A stretch of DNA of 64,000 nt from Octopus vulgaris (lineage: Eukaryota), in assembly GCA_951406725.2 (NCBI GenBank), contig OX597820.1, positions 123,566,001 through 123,630,000 on the forward strand, in the 5' to 3' direction. A program made the position numbers and the translations under genes. The notes under the pieces are model-generated. The model did not search any database, was not told the DNA's origin, and saw only the letters and a list, made by a program, of their open reading frames with translations. Below, in pieces: positions 1 through 12,176 of the stretch (its first letter is position 1; the number at the start of each line of letters is the position of its first letter).

Positions 1-1752
1 TCACCGTCATAGTGTCTAGCCACGAGCACATCGAGCAGGTCGGCGAGACATTGAAAAACTACGAAGCGGTGACAGGAGCAAAATCAACCGGGAAAAGTCA
101 GTGGGCTTGCGACTCGGCACCTGGAGAAGCAAGCCCATGCCGTCCACCAGCGCCTCCGTCGTGGGACGCTGGACCGACTGCCCGGTTGAGTTGCTCGGGG
201 TCTGGTTTGGTCCGGACCTCCAAGTGGAGAAGAACTGGAACGAGATAACGAGTAGGGTGGTCACTCTCGCCCGGCAATGGGCCGAGAGGAAACTGTCCCT
301 AAAAGGTCGGGCGGAGGTGGCGAACACGTACATCGCGTCCGTCATCTACTACCGCCTGACCGTCGTACCTTGTCCCGACCCTACCATCACCAAACTACAA
401 CGCATTCTCTTTCGCTTCTTGTGGAAAGGATGCGTCCCGATGGTCAGGCGATCCATTTGCTGTCAACACCCGTTAAAAGGAGGGCTGGGCATGCCGTGGT
501 TGATGATGCGCAGACACGCGCTGAGACTGCGACATCTCTGGCTCTATGTAGACGACGGTGAACATGTGTGGTCGCCGTTTGTGAGGCACGCTTTCCCGCA
601 GCTCGTCTCCATGACCGAACTGCAGTCGTGGATCAAAAAGAGGCCGAAGAAGGGCGAGTGGCACCGCGAGTGTCGCGTTGCTCTCAAGCAACTCTGCCGT
701 CCTGGGTCGACCTTGAGTGACTTCAACACAACCAAAGTATTCTATAGGGGTTTAGTGGAGGGGAGGTACGACGACGAGCTCGGGGCGAACCTGGACGTCG
801 ACGAGGAGTACCTCACCCGCCTGTTCAGGACGACTTTCGGGCCAGGGCCCATGAACAACTTCCAGAGATCCCTGGCCTGGCAGTGCTACCGAGAAGCGCT
901 ACCCGTTCGGGATAAGCTCTACAGACACGGCTCCAGAAACACGGGGCCGACCTGCCCGAGATGCGGTCAGAGCGACGAAACCGTTCTGCACGCACTCGTG
1001 CAGTGTCCAACAATTTCCGACCTGTGGGCTTGTGTCGAACAACTGCTGTCACGTGTGGGACGAGTCGGTTTATCAGCTGAGTCTATCATTAATATTGTCA
1101 CGCCTCCCTCCTTCAAACGGGAAGGAAGAGCTATTTTCATCATCCTTGTGGCTATGGCGAAAGAATGTATCTGGTGGACGCGTCTGAAAGGATTGGAGAC
1201 AAACACTTTCCTCTCTGGTCAATCTCTCATCAACTTCTTCAAGTACCACTTGAAAAGGAAAGTGAGAGTAGAGAGGCAAGTTTTGTCTAGCGAATGTTTT
1301 AAAAAAGATGGGTGAATGTAGCAAGAAGGGCACGTATGAATGACGAAGCCACCTTGAGCATGATCCTATGAACCCAGAAATTGAAAACAGAGAGTTGCTT
1401 ATTTGCAAAAAAAAAAAAAAAAAGAAATATAACATGTGACTCCATTGACCGAGGTTACCGTGGTCTTTTCCGTAGGCTTTTCTTTCCACGGGTAAACCTC
1501 ACCTGTCCTCCCCTTTACACTTCATATTGACATTTCTGTGATAACGATCCCTATTGATCAAATTTTTTTTTTCCTCTCCCCTTTTTTTTAACCCCCTTTT
1601 TTGTCCTCTTTCTCTCCTTTTACGATCCCTTTTGATTGAAACTCCCCCTTCCTATTTTCTTTTTTTTTTTTTTTTTTAAACCTTCAAAAGAAAAGCTCTA
1701 CCTTGTAATTTGTTCTATCTGTGTGCAGCCCTGTGTGGCTAATAAAGAAACA
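1..1752 (+). mobile_element. Tx1/L1-clade non-LTR retrotransposon, 3' portion (RT C-terminus, zf-RVT region, 3' UTR), cut by the window start
   Basis: ORF2-like protein ...LSLKGRAEVANTYIASVIYY...GGLGMP...CPRCGQSDETVLHALVQC, then a T/C-rich 3' UTR ending AATAAAGAAACA directly into (TATC)n. A near-identical 3' copy lies at 34874-35374. Confidence 0.9.
3..1370 (+). pseudogene. Tx1-like ORF2 (RT thumb/C-terminal region plus CCHC zinc finger) with two 1-nt frameshifts
   Basis: Frame TVIVSSHEHIEQVGETLKNYEAVTGAK (3-~85) joins INREKSVGLRLG into ORF 101-1315. A second shift in the A-run at ~1301-1306 (6 A here, 7 A in the 34.9 kb copy) continues as RWVNVARRARMNDEATLSMIL*. Confidence 0.8.
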
Positions 1753-1820
1753 TATCTATCTATCTATCTATCTATCTATCTGTCTATCCATCTATGTATG
1801 TATGTATGTATGTATGTATG

Positions 1821-1894
<74 letters not shown>
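1753..1894 (+). repeat. (TATC)n/(TATG)n compound microsatellite
   Basis: Read directly. Immediately follows the LINE 3' end. Confidence 0.95.
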
Positions 1895-2502
1895 CCCAGC
1901 CGGCCGGTCAGCTAGACGTGTGGCTACACGTTTAGACATTCATCCACCCAGCCAGTCAGCTTAGTTCTGGTTTGAGTTTGTTTTAAATTGCAGTTGCAAC
2001 AACTTCTCTTCGTGAGAAGTAGATTAAGTCGCTTCTTGCCTTTTGAGGAGATGTTATCTAAGCCTGAAAAATTGGAACATAATCCTTTGTGCGCGCACGC
2101 GCGCGTGTGTGTTTTTGTTTGTGTGTGTGATTTCTTTTTCGAGAAGAAAACATGCAAAGTTTATTTATATCTGTTTAAATTTTCATAAAGTCCGCTTTAA
2201 AAACCTACATTTTAAAGATTTTTCAAATCATCTAAGATTTGTAAAACATGATGTGTTGTGAATAAATAAATATTATTTAATCACATCGCCGGCGTGGAGT
2301 TAAGTTCTAGTTTATCTGAGAGTGCATCATTGAAACATAGAGGGCGGCATTGGCCATCAACGACTCCTTTTTTCACTCCAATTATCACCTCCATATTTAT
2401 TCAACGCACTCACAGTATCGTTTTTTAACGCCCTCAGTGGGACGACGCCACTCACTTTGGGAATAACAACGTATAGCAATTGGACAGTACACTGCATATA
2501 TA

Positions 2503-2622
2503 TGGCTGTGTGGTAATAGGTTTCCTTCCCAACTTCATGGTTCCGGATTCAGTCCCACTTCGGGCCGCCCAAAGCCTTGTGAATGGAATTGGTTGGTAGG
2601 CTGAGACTGAAAGTAGCCCATC

Positions 2623-2681
<59 letters not shown>

Positions 2682-2910
2682 CATGTATGTATGTATGAAT
2701 TTGCGCGCGTGTGCGTATGTGCGTTTACGTTTGTCCCACATGCCATCGCTAGACAACAGATGCTGGTGTGTTTGTCAACGTAATATAAAATAAGTACTAG
2801 GCTTACATAAAATAAGTCCTGGGGTCGGTTTCTTCAACTAAAATTCTTTAAAGTGGTGCTCCAGCATGGCCGCAGTCAAATAACTGAAACAAGTAAAAGA
2901 AAATGAAAAT
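2503..2910 (+). mobile_element. tRNA-derived SINE family A (CORE-like, internal microsatellite), internally deleted copy
   Basis: Head TGGCTGTGTGGTAA...GGATTCAGTCCCAC and tail GGTGCTCCAGCATGGCCGCAGTCAAATAACTGAAACAAGTAAAAGA, shared with copies at 21.5, 36.6 and 48.1 kb. Confidence 0.8.
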
Positions 2911-2970
2911 GAAATATAATTTAGTAAACATACAATACTTTTTCATGAGCTACTGATAGTTTTGTGTGAG

Positions 2971-4961
2971 GAAAACCACTCAGCAGCATTTTGTAATAAG
3001 TCTGCTGCCTTCACGCAATCCTCATACTATGATCACATGACATAACACGCTAAAACACGATGAAAGGGGAGATGAAAGTAGATGTAAAAGGTGGAAGTGT
3101 GAAAGCACCGGAAAACGAAAAGAAAAGGAAAAAAAGAACGAAAACTTAAGGAGAATTAGAGTTATGTCCGCATGGAGTGTAAAATCATAATAAAACTGAA
3201 TTGAGAGAGGCCTAAATTCCGCCGTACAGCTGACCAATCCAGAGGGGGTAGTATTTTCCAAATCGCAAACAGGATCTTATTCATTTGTTTAATTCCGCTG
3301 GAAATTAATCAGTGGAGTAGAGTTCTAGGACCTGAACAGGATCTGTGATCGTTCATCTACGCCTAGCTTAAATTTTTCTGATCCGCTGGCATATACTGTG
3401 GACTTCTTAGCTAATTTCCACTTAGTTGTATGTAATGTGGCGTTAGACTTTAAACTCCATTCGTAGCTAGCCAACTTAATGGCTTTCCTTTTGCCAGAAG
3501 AAAATCATGTGGTTAGCATAACTATATTTGAAGTCGCCTTCCCATAACCCGATGCAACACTTCTTTTCAGTTATGTTATCATTTAGTGTTGCTTTAACTC
3601 CTGCGTCATAATTGACGCATCGCTGGTTGAGTGGAGAGGTTTCTGGATTTCGATAGTTACAACTGGGAGTAGGATCTTGGTGGGAGTAGGATCTTGGCGT
3701 GTAATGAAGTTCTTGATATTGGCACAGCAGCTATATGATAATTTGATTGAGAGCCTGTTAAATATTTTTCAGTACCTATGATTTACGGGAAAATGTTTAT
3801 CTAAGAGAGACAGGAATCTTACTTATTTTGGTTTTAACGTTAAGGGAAATAGGGAGGACGAACCAAATTATTCTCCTTGGAGTAAATTATGTTATTCTTA
3901 GAAGAGTTGTAAATGAATTCAACTTTAAAGCTAATATTAGCTAAGGCATTATCGTACTAGGGGCTGCCTTCTCAAAAATTTCTTTAGAGGAAGAGAGGTT
4001 AGATATTATGTTGCTTATGTTGTGTTTAATATTTTAAACACTATGGGTGAGGGCTGGGGGGACAAGACTGTATATAGGAAAGTTTCCCGCTGGGCATATG
4101 GTAAGGTTTATAAGAGGAAGCATTTAGATCTCGAGAAATATCTAAAGAATCGACTTTTGGCAGATTAGTAGCGACTGTGATTTTAAGGTCTAATTGAGTT
4201 ATTTCTTATATTTATCTAGGATGTGATCATCACAGCTATAGGAAGTGCCCAACCCATCGTCTTGGAATAGACTATCGTCGTGGGATGGACACTTGGATCT
4301 GAATGTGTTTAGTACAAGATCACAGATGTCAGCACTGAAGTATGATTCCATCGATACGTCATACAATTCAGCGGTATCAAACTTTTTTATCCATGCTGAG
4401 TCTTACTAAACAGGAGTGCTTTTCTCGCATGCATGAACAGGTCTAGGTCTACAGAGTCTATATCAACATATGATTTATCAAACTCGACCGCCTTATCAAG
4501 CAGCGATCTCGATACAGAAAAATAAAATCTATATCAAAGTGAGCTACGTATCGAGTTTGAAGTCTAACGTTACACCTTTTCAGACCTAACAACTCCAACG
4601 CACTGCTGAATTCCAGATCTGAAATTTTCAGTGAATGTAAACATTGGATAAGTTCCTATTGTCGAATTGGATAATAACACCTTCTCTGGATTGAGCAGCT
4701 CTACCGCAGAGTTTAGGCCCCTCTCCATTCAGTCTTATTACGACTTTTTGTCAAAGGGAACTTAACTCTAATTCATTCCTACATTTAGTTTTCTCTCGTT
4801 TTCTGGTGTTTTCAACCTACGCATTCACATCTTCTTTCTCACCTTTCATCGTATCTTCTCTTATTTTATCGTCCTGTTTTAGCTTGTTATGCTTTGTCGG
4901 CTCAGTCTGAGGATTGCTTGAAGGCACTAAACGAATTATAGAATGCTGCCTGAGTTGTTTT
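2971..4961 (-). mobile_element. Degenerate Penelope-like element (RT core to GIY-YIG) with inverted pLTRs
   Basis: Minus-strand relics HFDIDF..SRSLLDKAVEFD, YDVSMESYFSADICDLV, HDDSL (RT motifs) and CIGLWEGDFKYSYANH (GIY-YIG). 2971-3293 and 4654-4961 are diverged inverted repeats. Confidence 0.75.
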
Positions 4962-5092
4962 TATCGTATTAAACTATTAGTAGCTCCATAAAATATATAT
5001 ATATATGGTGTGTTTATCTCTCACCAGATAGAGTACTCTTTTTGTTGATCTTAATTCCACGGAATATACATATATACATTCATACAAATATA

Positions 5093-5160
<68 letters not shown>

Positions 5161-5166
5161 TATATT

Positions 5167-5488
5167 TCGTTTTTGGATTTGGTTTGCAAGATTCATTATA
5201 TGAGTTCGTGTGTTGGAGCATATTCTGTTGTGTCTGGGGAGAGTCATTTTCTTTTTGTGCCTTATTATGTAACACACTCACCGGTAAAATTTTCCTTTTT
5301 TCTTATTTTTATTTTTCTAAAATTTTCGTTCCTCTTGCAACCTTTTCAATAGTTTTCAGCTATTGAAATGGTTGCAAGACGGAACAAAAATTTTAGAACA
5401 ATAAAAATAAGAAAAACGTGGAAAATTTACCCGTGAATGTGTTACATAATAAGGCACAAAAAGAAAATGACTCTCCTCCCCAATAGTA
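5167..5488. mobile_element. Foldback non-coding element between (TA)n tracts with two head-to-head HHR motifs
   Basis: Arms 5236-5352 and 5360-5481 are reverse complements. Minus-strand motif 5317-5352 reads CTA-TTGAAAA-G-GTTGCAAGAGGAAC-GAAA-AT-TT-TAG. Confidence 0.75.
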
Positions 5489-5492
5489 CATA

Positions 5493-5557
<65 letters not shown>

Positions 5558-6474
5558 GGGGGGGGGGCGCATTTGTTTATTGTGTATGTGACTGTGTGTG
5601 TGTATGAACGTGTGTATATGTATGTGTGTGTGGTTTGTGCATATCCAGGAACAGCTTGTTTTATTAGAAATATATAAAGCTGTCGAACCTGACGTGAACG
5701 TAGTGATAATCAGAGAATGAGAGAAAGATGTGGTAAGCGGGGAACGTTCCGTTGAATGGAAATGAAAATCTTGCTGGACATTCAGAAGAAAAATATAGTT
5801 TCCAATTGACTAAAAATTCCTATCTACATTAGCCAAATTGCAATTATCTTGAAAACTACAAATGGTCTATTTTGTAGGACTTCTTAAATAAAAACGATTT
5901 TATTAAATGATAGAGACCAACAATGATTATCATAGCGGAGCTACGTAAAATAGCTATGTTCTAGACTTTGATGCGCAATATGGTGAGAAAAGCATAGCAG
6001 ATAAGATTTAGAAAATAGTAGAATATGTGAATCAAATTTGCTCTTTGTAGACTCGATAAAAAGTTTCCCATTTTAAAATAGTCGCTGAAACTGATTACGA
6101 CTCGTTTAACTTGAAAGATTAAATTAAGAGCCAAAATAATAATTGGACTTAGAAAAAAGAGAAGCCAAAAGCGGAACAGACCACGCCATGGAGAAAGCCT
6201 TATAAAAGACATGTATATGTATGTATGTATGTATGTCTGTCTGTATGTATGTATGTATGTATGTATGTATGTATGTGTGTATGTATGCATGCATTATGTA
6301 AGTATGTATGTATTTATAAATGAGTATGTATGCATGTATATATATATAAACATAAATAAAAAATATAAATTCCACATATATATATATATATATATGCACA
6401 CACACACTCATACACACACACACACACACACACATATCCTCCACAACATACCCCCTCCTAAAAAAAGACCACAG

Positions 6475-7414
6475 AATGAACACAATCCTCCAAACACACA
6501 CGATCATAAAAAGCAAAAGACAGCCTAGATCCATGAAAAGTCTCCTAACACAAGAAAAAACACCAAACTTCAAGATTTTCCCCCTCTACCAATTTAGGGA
6601 CGATACAACCTCGAGACAATGAATAAGTAAAGAAAATCTCTTTATTACAAAATACAAGCCACTTCTTAACGGGTCTACGACAAACAATTAATATACCTCA
6701 ACTTCAGAATAAAAGAAATATATACACACACAAATATTACACTCCATAGAATCCATTACTAATCAGCCCCATCACAGCTATACTTACACCCATTCATATT
6801 CTCCCTTCTCTGTTTTTTCTTCTTCTTCTTCCTCTTCTTCTTCATCATCATCATTATCATCATCATCGTCGTCATCATCATCACCACCATCATCACCACC
6901 ATCTTCTCCTTCTCCTTCTTCTTCTTCTTCTTCTTCTTCTTCATCATCATCATCATCATCATCAACATCGTCATCTTCTTCTTCTTCTACTTCTCCACCT
7001 TCCACACCTTGTCACTAATGTCTTTCAGTATAACGCCTACGCAAATTCCATAAACAATTCCTGAATTGAACTGCGACACTGTCAGCCAGTGACCATTCAA
7101 AATACGACCATTAAGGCATTCCCAGATTTCCCCACCCCTCTCCACATCAGCCTCCTTATTCTTCACCTATCCTACCAAGAACTCAAAACGACCTCGAACA
7201 CACAAGTGCAAACAAGGGAGTCAGAGAAAGGCAGAATGCTACTTATATCTGAACACTACTACAGAAATATTCTTTTAAAAAACGTTTCTTCTAATTTTTC
7301 TAAATTTAATTATTTAATCGTTACAGTTGAAAAGGTCTCAAAATGACCGAAACCGGTACTGAAAGATTCACTATAAAATTATCTTAGCATTTTCTATTTT
7401 TGACTTGTTTTTTC
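6475..7414 (+). mobile_element. Penelope-like 3' fragment with GIY-YIG core deleted, low-complexity 3' UTR and terminal HHR
   Basis: MNTILQTHTIIKSKRQPRSMKSLLTQ joins directly to PNFKIFPLYQF...KENLFITKYKPLLN. Homologous to the 32.4-32.9 kb and 53.7-54.2 kb copies. Ends in (TA)n. Confidence 0.7.
7324..7361 (+). ncRNA. Minimal type I hammerhead ribozyme motif, U3-A8 variant
   Basis: CAG-TTGAAAA-GGTC tcaaaat GACC-GAAA-CCGG-TA-CTG. Confidence 0.7.
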
Positions 7415-7971
7415 ATATATATATATATATACATAGATATAGATATATACAGATACATGCACATACACACTTACAAATACATGTGAATATGTAAATGTAT
7501 GCCCGAGGAGAGGTAAGTGCTTTGGCGTCCTCGGAACTTTTGTAAAATGAATTATTAAATCAATCTGTTGTTAAAGATATTCCTGGTACAAGCACAAACA
7601 TATGCGCGCGCACGCAAACAATCATATTTATATACATACAATTACCTACACACGAGCGCGTTGACACACGCACACAGCACATGCATACATACACACATAT
7701 CAATTCGATGGCTTATTCGTGTTAGATTTGAAATTGAATATGCTTGTCGACCTTGTATTTCATCAATGGAGAACAACTTGTTTCAGACAATTGGGTACTT
7801 GCAACACACTCGATTCATTAGTATAAAGAGACTAAGAAATCCGGGCTTTCGAAATCAGTGTCTCTCCACTGACTACGATATGTCAGATTACTGGATCTAA
7901 CAAGCATCTTTTTGCCTGTTTATAATTTCAGCAAGCAAATTGTTTGTTATACATTCAAATATACGTATATA

Positions 7972-8250
7972 TAGGGAGATTTTAAGAAGAAAACAAAAGA
8001 CGAAGACAGGTGGTGTACAAAACAAACAGATGTATTAAGATAACGCTCAAGAAAAGAAAAAGTATTTTACGTTTCGAGCCTACGCTCTTCTACAGAAAGG
8101 GACACAGAAAAATAAGGAGAGAAAAAATGTGTGTAGTGGCTAACGATCTATCATGGCGACTGCCAGACAGGAGGGCCACACGCGAGGGGGAGGAAGTAGG
8201 GGAGATAACAAAGTAAAGACGATCCCCAACACGAAGGTGCGTGTGTCTAT
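7972..8250 (-). mobile_element. Short pLTR-like repeat family B with an A6U HHR motif (8064-8099)
   Basis: Homologous to 9790-10000 and 57320-57522. Minus strand reads CTTT-CTGTAGA-A-GAGC gtag GCTC-GAAA-CG-TA-AAAT. Abuts a TA run. Confidence 0.7.
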
Positions 8251-8539
8251 AATTATTTATCTAAATTTATAACATATATACATACACACATTCACACAGA
8301 CATACACACACACATAACACAAACACACACACCAACACAAACGCATAGATATGTACATATATATATATATATAAGTGTGTGTGTGTGTGTGTGTTTCTTA
8401 TATATAGATGTATAGTTTAAAGAGACCGAAAAATAAGTACCAGGCTTAAAAAGTAAATACTGAGGTCGAATCGTTTTTCAAGGCAGCGCCCAGTATCGAT
8501 CGCATTGAAATGGCTGAAAAAATAAGAGGATAGAAAGAT

Positions 8540-8637
<98 letters not shown>

Positions 8638-8749
8638 TACTCAAGGAAATTCAAACTTTGAAGTCACGCTTTATTTACAATCTTATAGAAATATAATATA
8701 AAATAATATAATGAAATGGAATGATAGAATATTAACTGTCCATTCACAT

Positions 8750-8794
8750 TGAACTAGTACTTTCATGCATTAATCTGTGCAATCTTCAGGTTCA
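8750..8794 (-). ncRNA. Canonical minimal type I hammerhead ribozyme motif
   Basis: Minus strand: TGAAC-CTGAAGA-T-TGCA cagattaa TGCA-T-GAAA-GTAC-TA-GTTCA. Core intact, palindromic stem III AGTACT. Confidence 0.8.
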
Positions 8795-9530
8795 TGTTGT
8801 AGTGGTGACAGTTATGTTTTACAATTTACATGAGATGGTTATACCGTGTGTCTTCAATACATTTGTATAGGCTCCAGAATGTTATTTTTTGCAAACTGTA
8901 TTCTGACCAATCAGCGTGTGATTTTACTAAATCACTTATGTTGATTGGTGTTTGCTTTAGGCGTCAAAGTTTGTCGAACATGTCAAGAGACCTGTATTTT
9001 GACCCTGGCTAAAGCAATAATCGTTGGGCTATTTTTAGAAATGTTATAAACAACATTTCCCAGACATTTTTATATTTCGTTTATCATATCATCATTATCA
9101 TCACCTTTATTATTGTTGTCGTTGTTGTTGTTGCTGTTGTTAGTGGTGGTATTGGTTGGAGTAACTGTGGTAGTAGAACTTTAAGCACCCAAATAAGATA
9201 ATTTTTTCCTGACTTTTCTCTTGATTTAGCTTGTATTTTCCTGCTGTCGTCATCATGAGCACCTTTAGTATTATTGTTAGTTGTAGTGGTCGTAGCAGTA
9301 AAAATAGTACCTCTAAGTATTTGTATTATTGTTTATTTAACTTGGGTTGGAATTTATTAACAAAATTTTCTCTACTCTGACTTTTCTCTCAATTTCACTT
9401 GGACTTTATAGTTTATAGGAAGGAAATATTATAAATATTTTCCGACCACATTTTGTTATATGGTTACTCAAAGGTATCTGATGGACATCTGGGTCTCTAA
9501 TTTGCTGTCGGTGCACACGTGAACGTTCTA

Positions 9531-9571
<41 letters not shown>

Positions 9572-9572
9572 T

Positions 9573-9779
9573 GTACTTGTTTCAGTCATTTTGACTGCGG
9601 CCATGCTGGAGCACCGCCTTTTAGAGTGGTGAAAGAGTACAGCAGGAATCACCACCTCCTGCCGGAGCCTCGTGGAGCTTTTAGGTATTTTCGCTCAATA
9701 AACACACACAACGCCCGGTCTGGGAATCGAAACCGCGATCCTCCGACCGCAAGTCCGCTGCCCTAACCACTAGGCCATT
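9573..9779 (-). mobile_element. Chimeric SINE: family C tRNA head plus family A 3' tail
   Basis: 9624-9779 matches the 5' part of the 15.1 and 55.3 kb SINEs. 9573-9620 matches the family A tail GGTGCTCCAGCATGGCCGCAGTCAAAATGACTGAAACAAGTA. Confidence 0.8.
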
Positions 9780-9789
9780 ATATATACAT

Positions 9790-10000
9790 ATAACGGGAAG
9801 GTTTACGAAAATAAACAAAAGACGAAGGCAGGTGGAGTACAAACAAACAAATGTATTAGTATGCTGCTCAGGAATAGAAATAGAACAAGTCTTTTACGTT
9901 TCGAACCTACGCTCTTCGATAGAAAGATACACAGAAAAAAAACAAGGAGAGAAACAAGGAGAGAAGAAAATGCGTGTAGGAGCTAACGATCTATCATGAT
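9790..10000 (-). mobile_element. Family B pLTR-like repeat with HHR motif (9891-9926)
   Basis: Minus strand CTTT-CTATCGA-A-GAGC gtag GTTC-GAAA-CG-TA-AAAG. Homologous to the 8.0 and 57.4 kb copies. Confidence 0.7.
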
Positions 10001-10699
10001 ATATATAATGAATATGCAGTTGTATAACTGTGTGTTTCCATGTCTATCAGGGACTGGTTCCGCTTTTGGTACTTTTGTACTACAGCTTTTTGGAAACCAT
10101 TTTTCACCATTTTTACCATTTATACCGATGTGTAAAAACAACCAATTTTGAAAACCAGAAACTGGAGTTGAGATTTATCTCCCGTTATAAGAAGGTAGAT
10201 TTCACAAATATTTGATCAATAATAATTTGCGCCATCCCGCTAGAAATGCAAGCGTTCAAAATAAATGCTAATCGCATAATACAAAGCCATAATATATAAA
10301 GATAATCTTCAACTTCACTAATCGTCCTTCCTGGTTACACTAGCCGACTTCGAAAAGTTAACACACTCTGGAAACTTTAATGAACATGAACATAACAGAA
10401 AATAAAGAGAATTTGTGTACTTTGAATGTATGAGTATAAACAAGTGTAAAATAGTGTAAATAATTAAAATAAAATTATATCTAAATGACATTTTTTCTTA
10501 TTTTTTTTGTTGTAGTGTTTGAAGGAAGTTCTGGCTTTCGTTAGGAGTGGTCCATATAACCATTCATGATACAGAGCCTGGAAACCTGTTTCAGTTCGGG
10601 AGTGAATCGTCATCACATATCACTTAGTCGCAAACACATGTCATGGAGCTGCAATAGAATGCTGCATCACCAACAATGATGTGATTTCTCTAAGACATC

Positions 10700-11905
10700 A
10701 CCCAGTAATCTATCAAAGTCCATTTACACATTTCTCAATACATGCTGCTGTTACGACTTCCCGCCCTCATCATATGCCTCCATCGTAGATGGGTAGATTT
10801 ACAACTCAATAATATATCCACGTATAAACAAAAGAATAATACAAAAGTGCCCATTAGTACTATTTCAAGTATCTTTCTTAAGATTCTTGCAGAATAAGGG
10901 ACTGCATTTATCTGCAGGTCCTTGAGTTTGCGTGCGGTGCAATGTTCACAGGAACAATGGTCATTTTTGCTTTCCACAATCTCTTCAGCCTTCTGATTAG
11001 GTCCACAATTTTCTCAATTTCTTTGATATTCACTTTATTATCATGTAAAACTACAAAGTCTATGATTGGTTTCATGATCTCTGTATTCTTATCTGGTCAC
11101 GTTGGCTCAATAATATAGCTGGTCTAATGATGGAGAAATTCCATAAAATCTTGTAATTATTATTTACCATTACAAATTGTGTTCATCCCAATTTTCTCTC
11201 ACTTTGAATCCACACACTAGGCTAACATTCCCATTCCCTCTTGTTGTCAACGCAATCATTTCTGCGCATATAATATTTTTGTGCTATCTTAGAGCAATGT
11301 CAATATTTTCGTCTCATTTCCACAGATTCTGCCTTTTTTCTCTGACGGAGTTTAGTCAATTTTCGCGTTTATCAAATTTGTTTTAATAACTTGTTCAAGA
11401 GCAGCTAAAGGGAGTGATTCGCTTTCTCGTTTCACGCTTCCGTCCATCGGCCACAACCACTGTTCTTTACTTCTAACACCGTCAATGTGTTGCATGAATT
11501 GGCTTTGTATCTGCGTCACTTTCCAGCTATTTATACAACATTTATTCCTTTTGGTTTTGAATTCTCTTATTATCTCAATAGCTTACTGCATATTTCCTCC
11601 TGAAAATAATATTCTTTCGTCCCTATGCACAACATAGATTTGCAAATACAGTATCGCAATGGCAACAGTGTTTTCTATATAGAAACCTCTGCTCTTTCTT
11701 TCTCTTGATTGTAGAGCCTATCGCTATTACTTTTAGTGTGGTGCGAGCCATGCATTATGATCTGATACTCCTGTGTTTGTCAATTTTAGAAAAGGAGAAG
11801 AGAACCTTGATATTGGTATGGCCCATGTATTCATTGCTTTGATAATACTCTCCTCATTTAGTTTTGTTTCGCGCATTGTTCGAAATTCTTATCTTGTACT
11901 TTTGG
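10700..11905 (-). mobile_element. Degenerate R4/Dong-like LINE (restriction-like endonuclease clade), 3' part
   Basis: Minus-strand relics IIKAMNTWAIP, KILWNFSI, LQINAVPYSARILRKILE, similar to IKAINTWA, KILWDF and LQK.ALLGTARILRKVL. Homologous to the 60 kb copy. Confidence 0.65.
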
Positions 11906-11911
11906 GGTTTA

Positions 11912-11972
11912 AAATAATAATGATAATAATAATAATAATAATAATGATAATAATGATAATAATAATAATGAC

Positions 11973-12028
<56 letters not shown>

Positions 12029-12121
12029 TAACAATAATAATAATAATAATGATAATGATGATAAGGATAATGATGATGACGACGACGATGATGATGATGA
12101 TGATGATGATGATGATATTAA

Positions 12122-12175
<54 letters not shown>
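11912..12175. repeat. (TAA)n/(TGA)n followed by (TTA)n trinucleotide repeats
   Basis: Read directly. Confidence 0.95.

Positions 12176-12176
<1 letters not shown>

Noticed and set aside
3664-3697. 17-bp tandem duplication TGGGAGTAGGATCTTGG
   Set aside because: Ordinary slippage duplication inside a decayed element.
6784-7005. Acidic poly-D/E ORF resembling a prothymosin-like protein
   Set aside because: It is a trinucleotide low-complexity tract inside a Penelope-like 3' UTR, with no other gene evidence.
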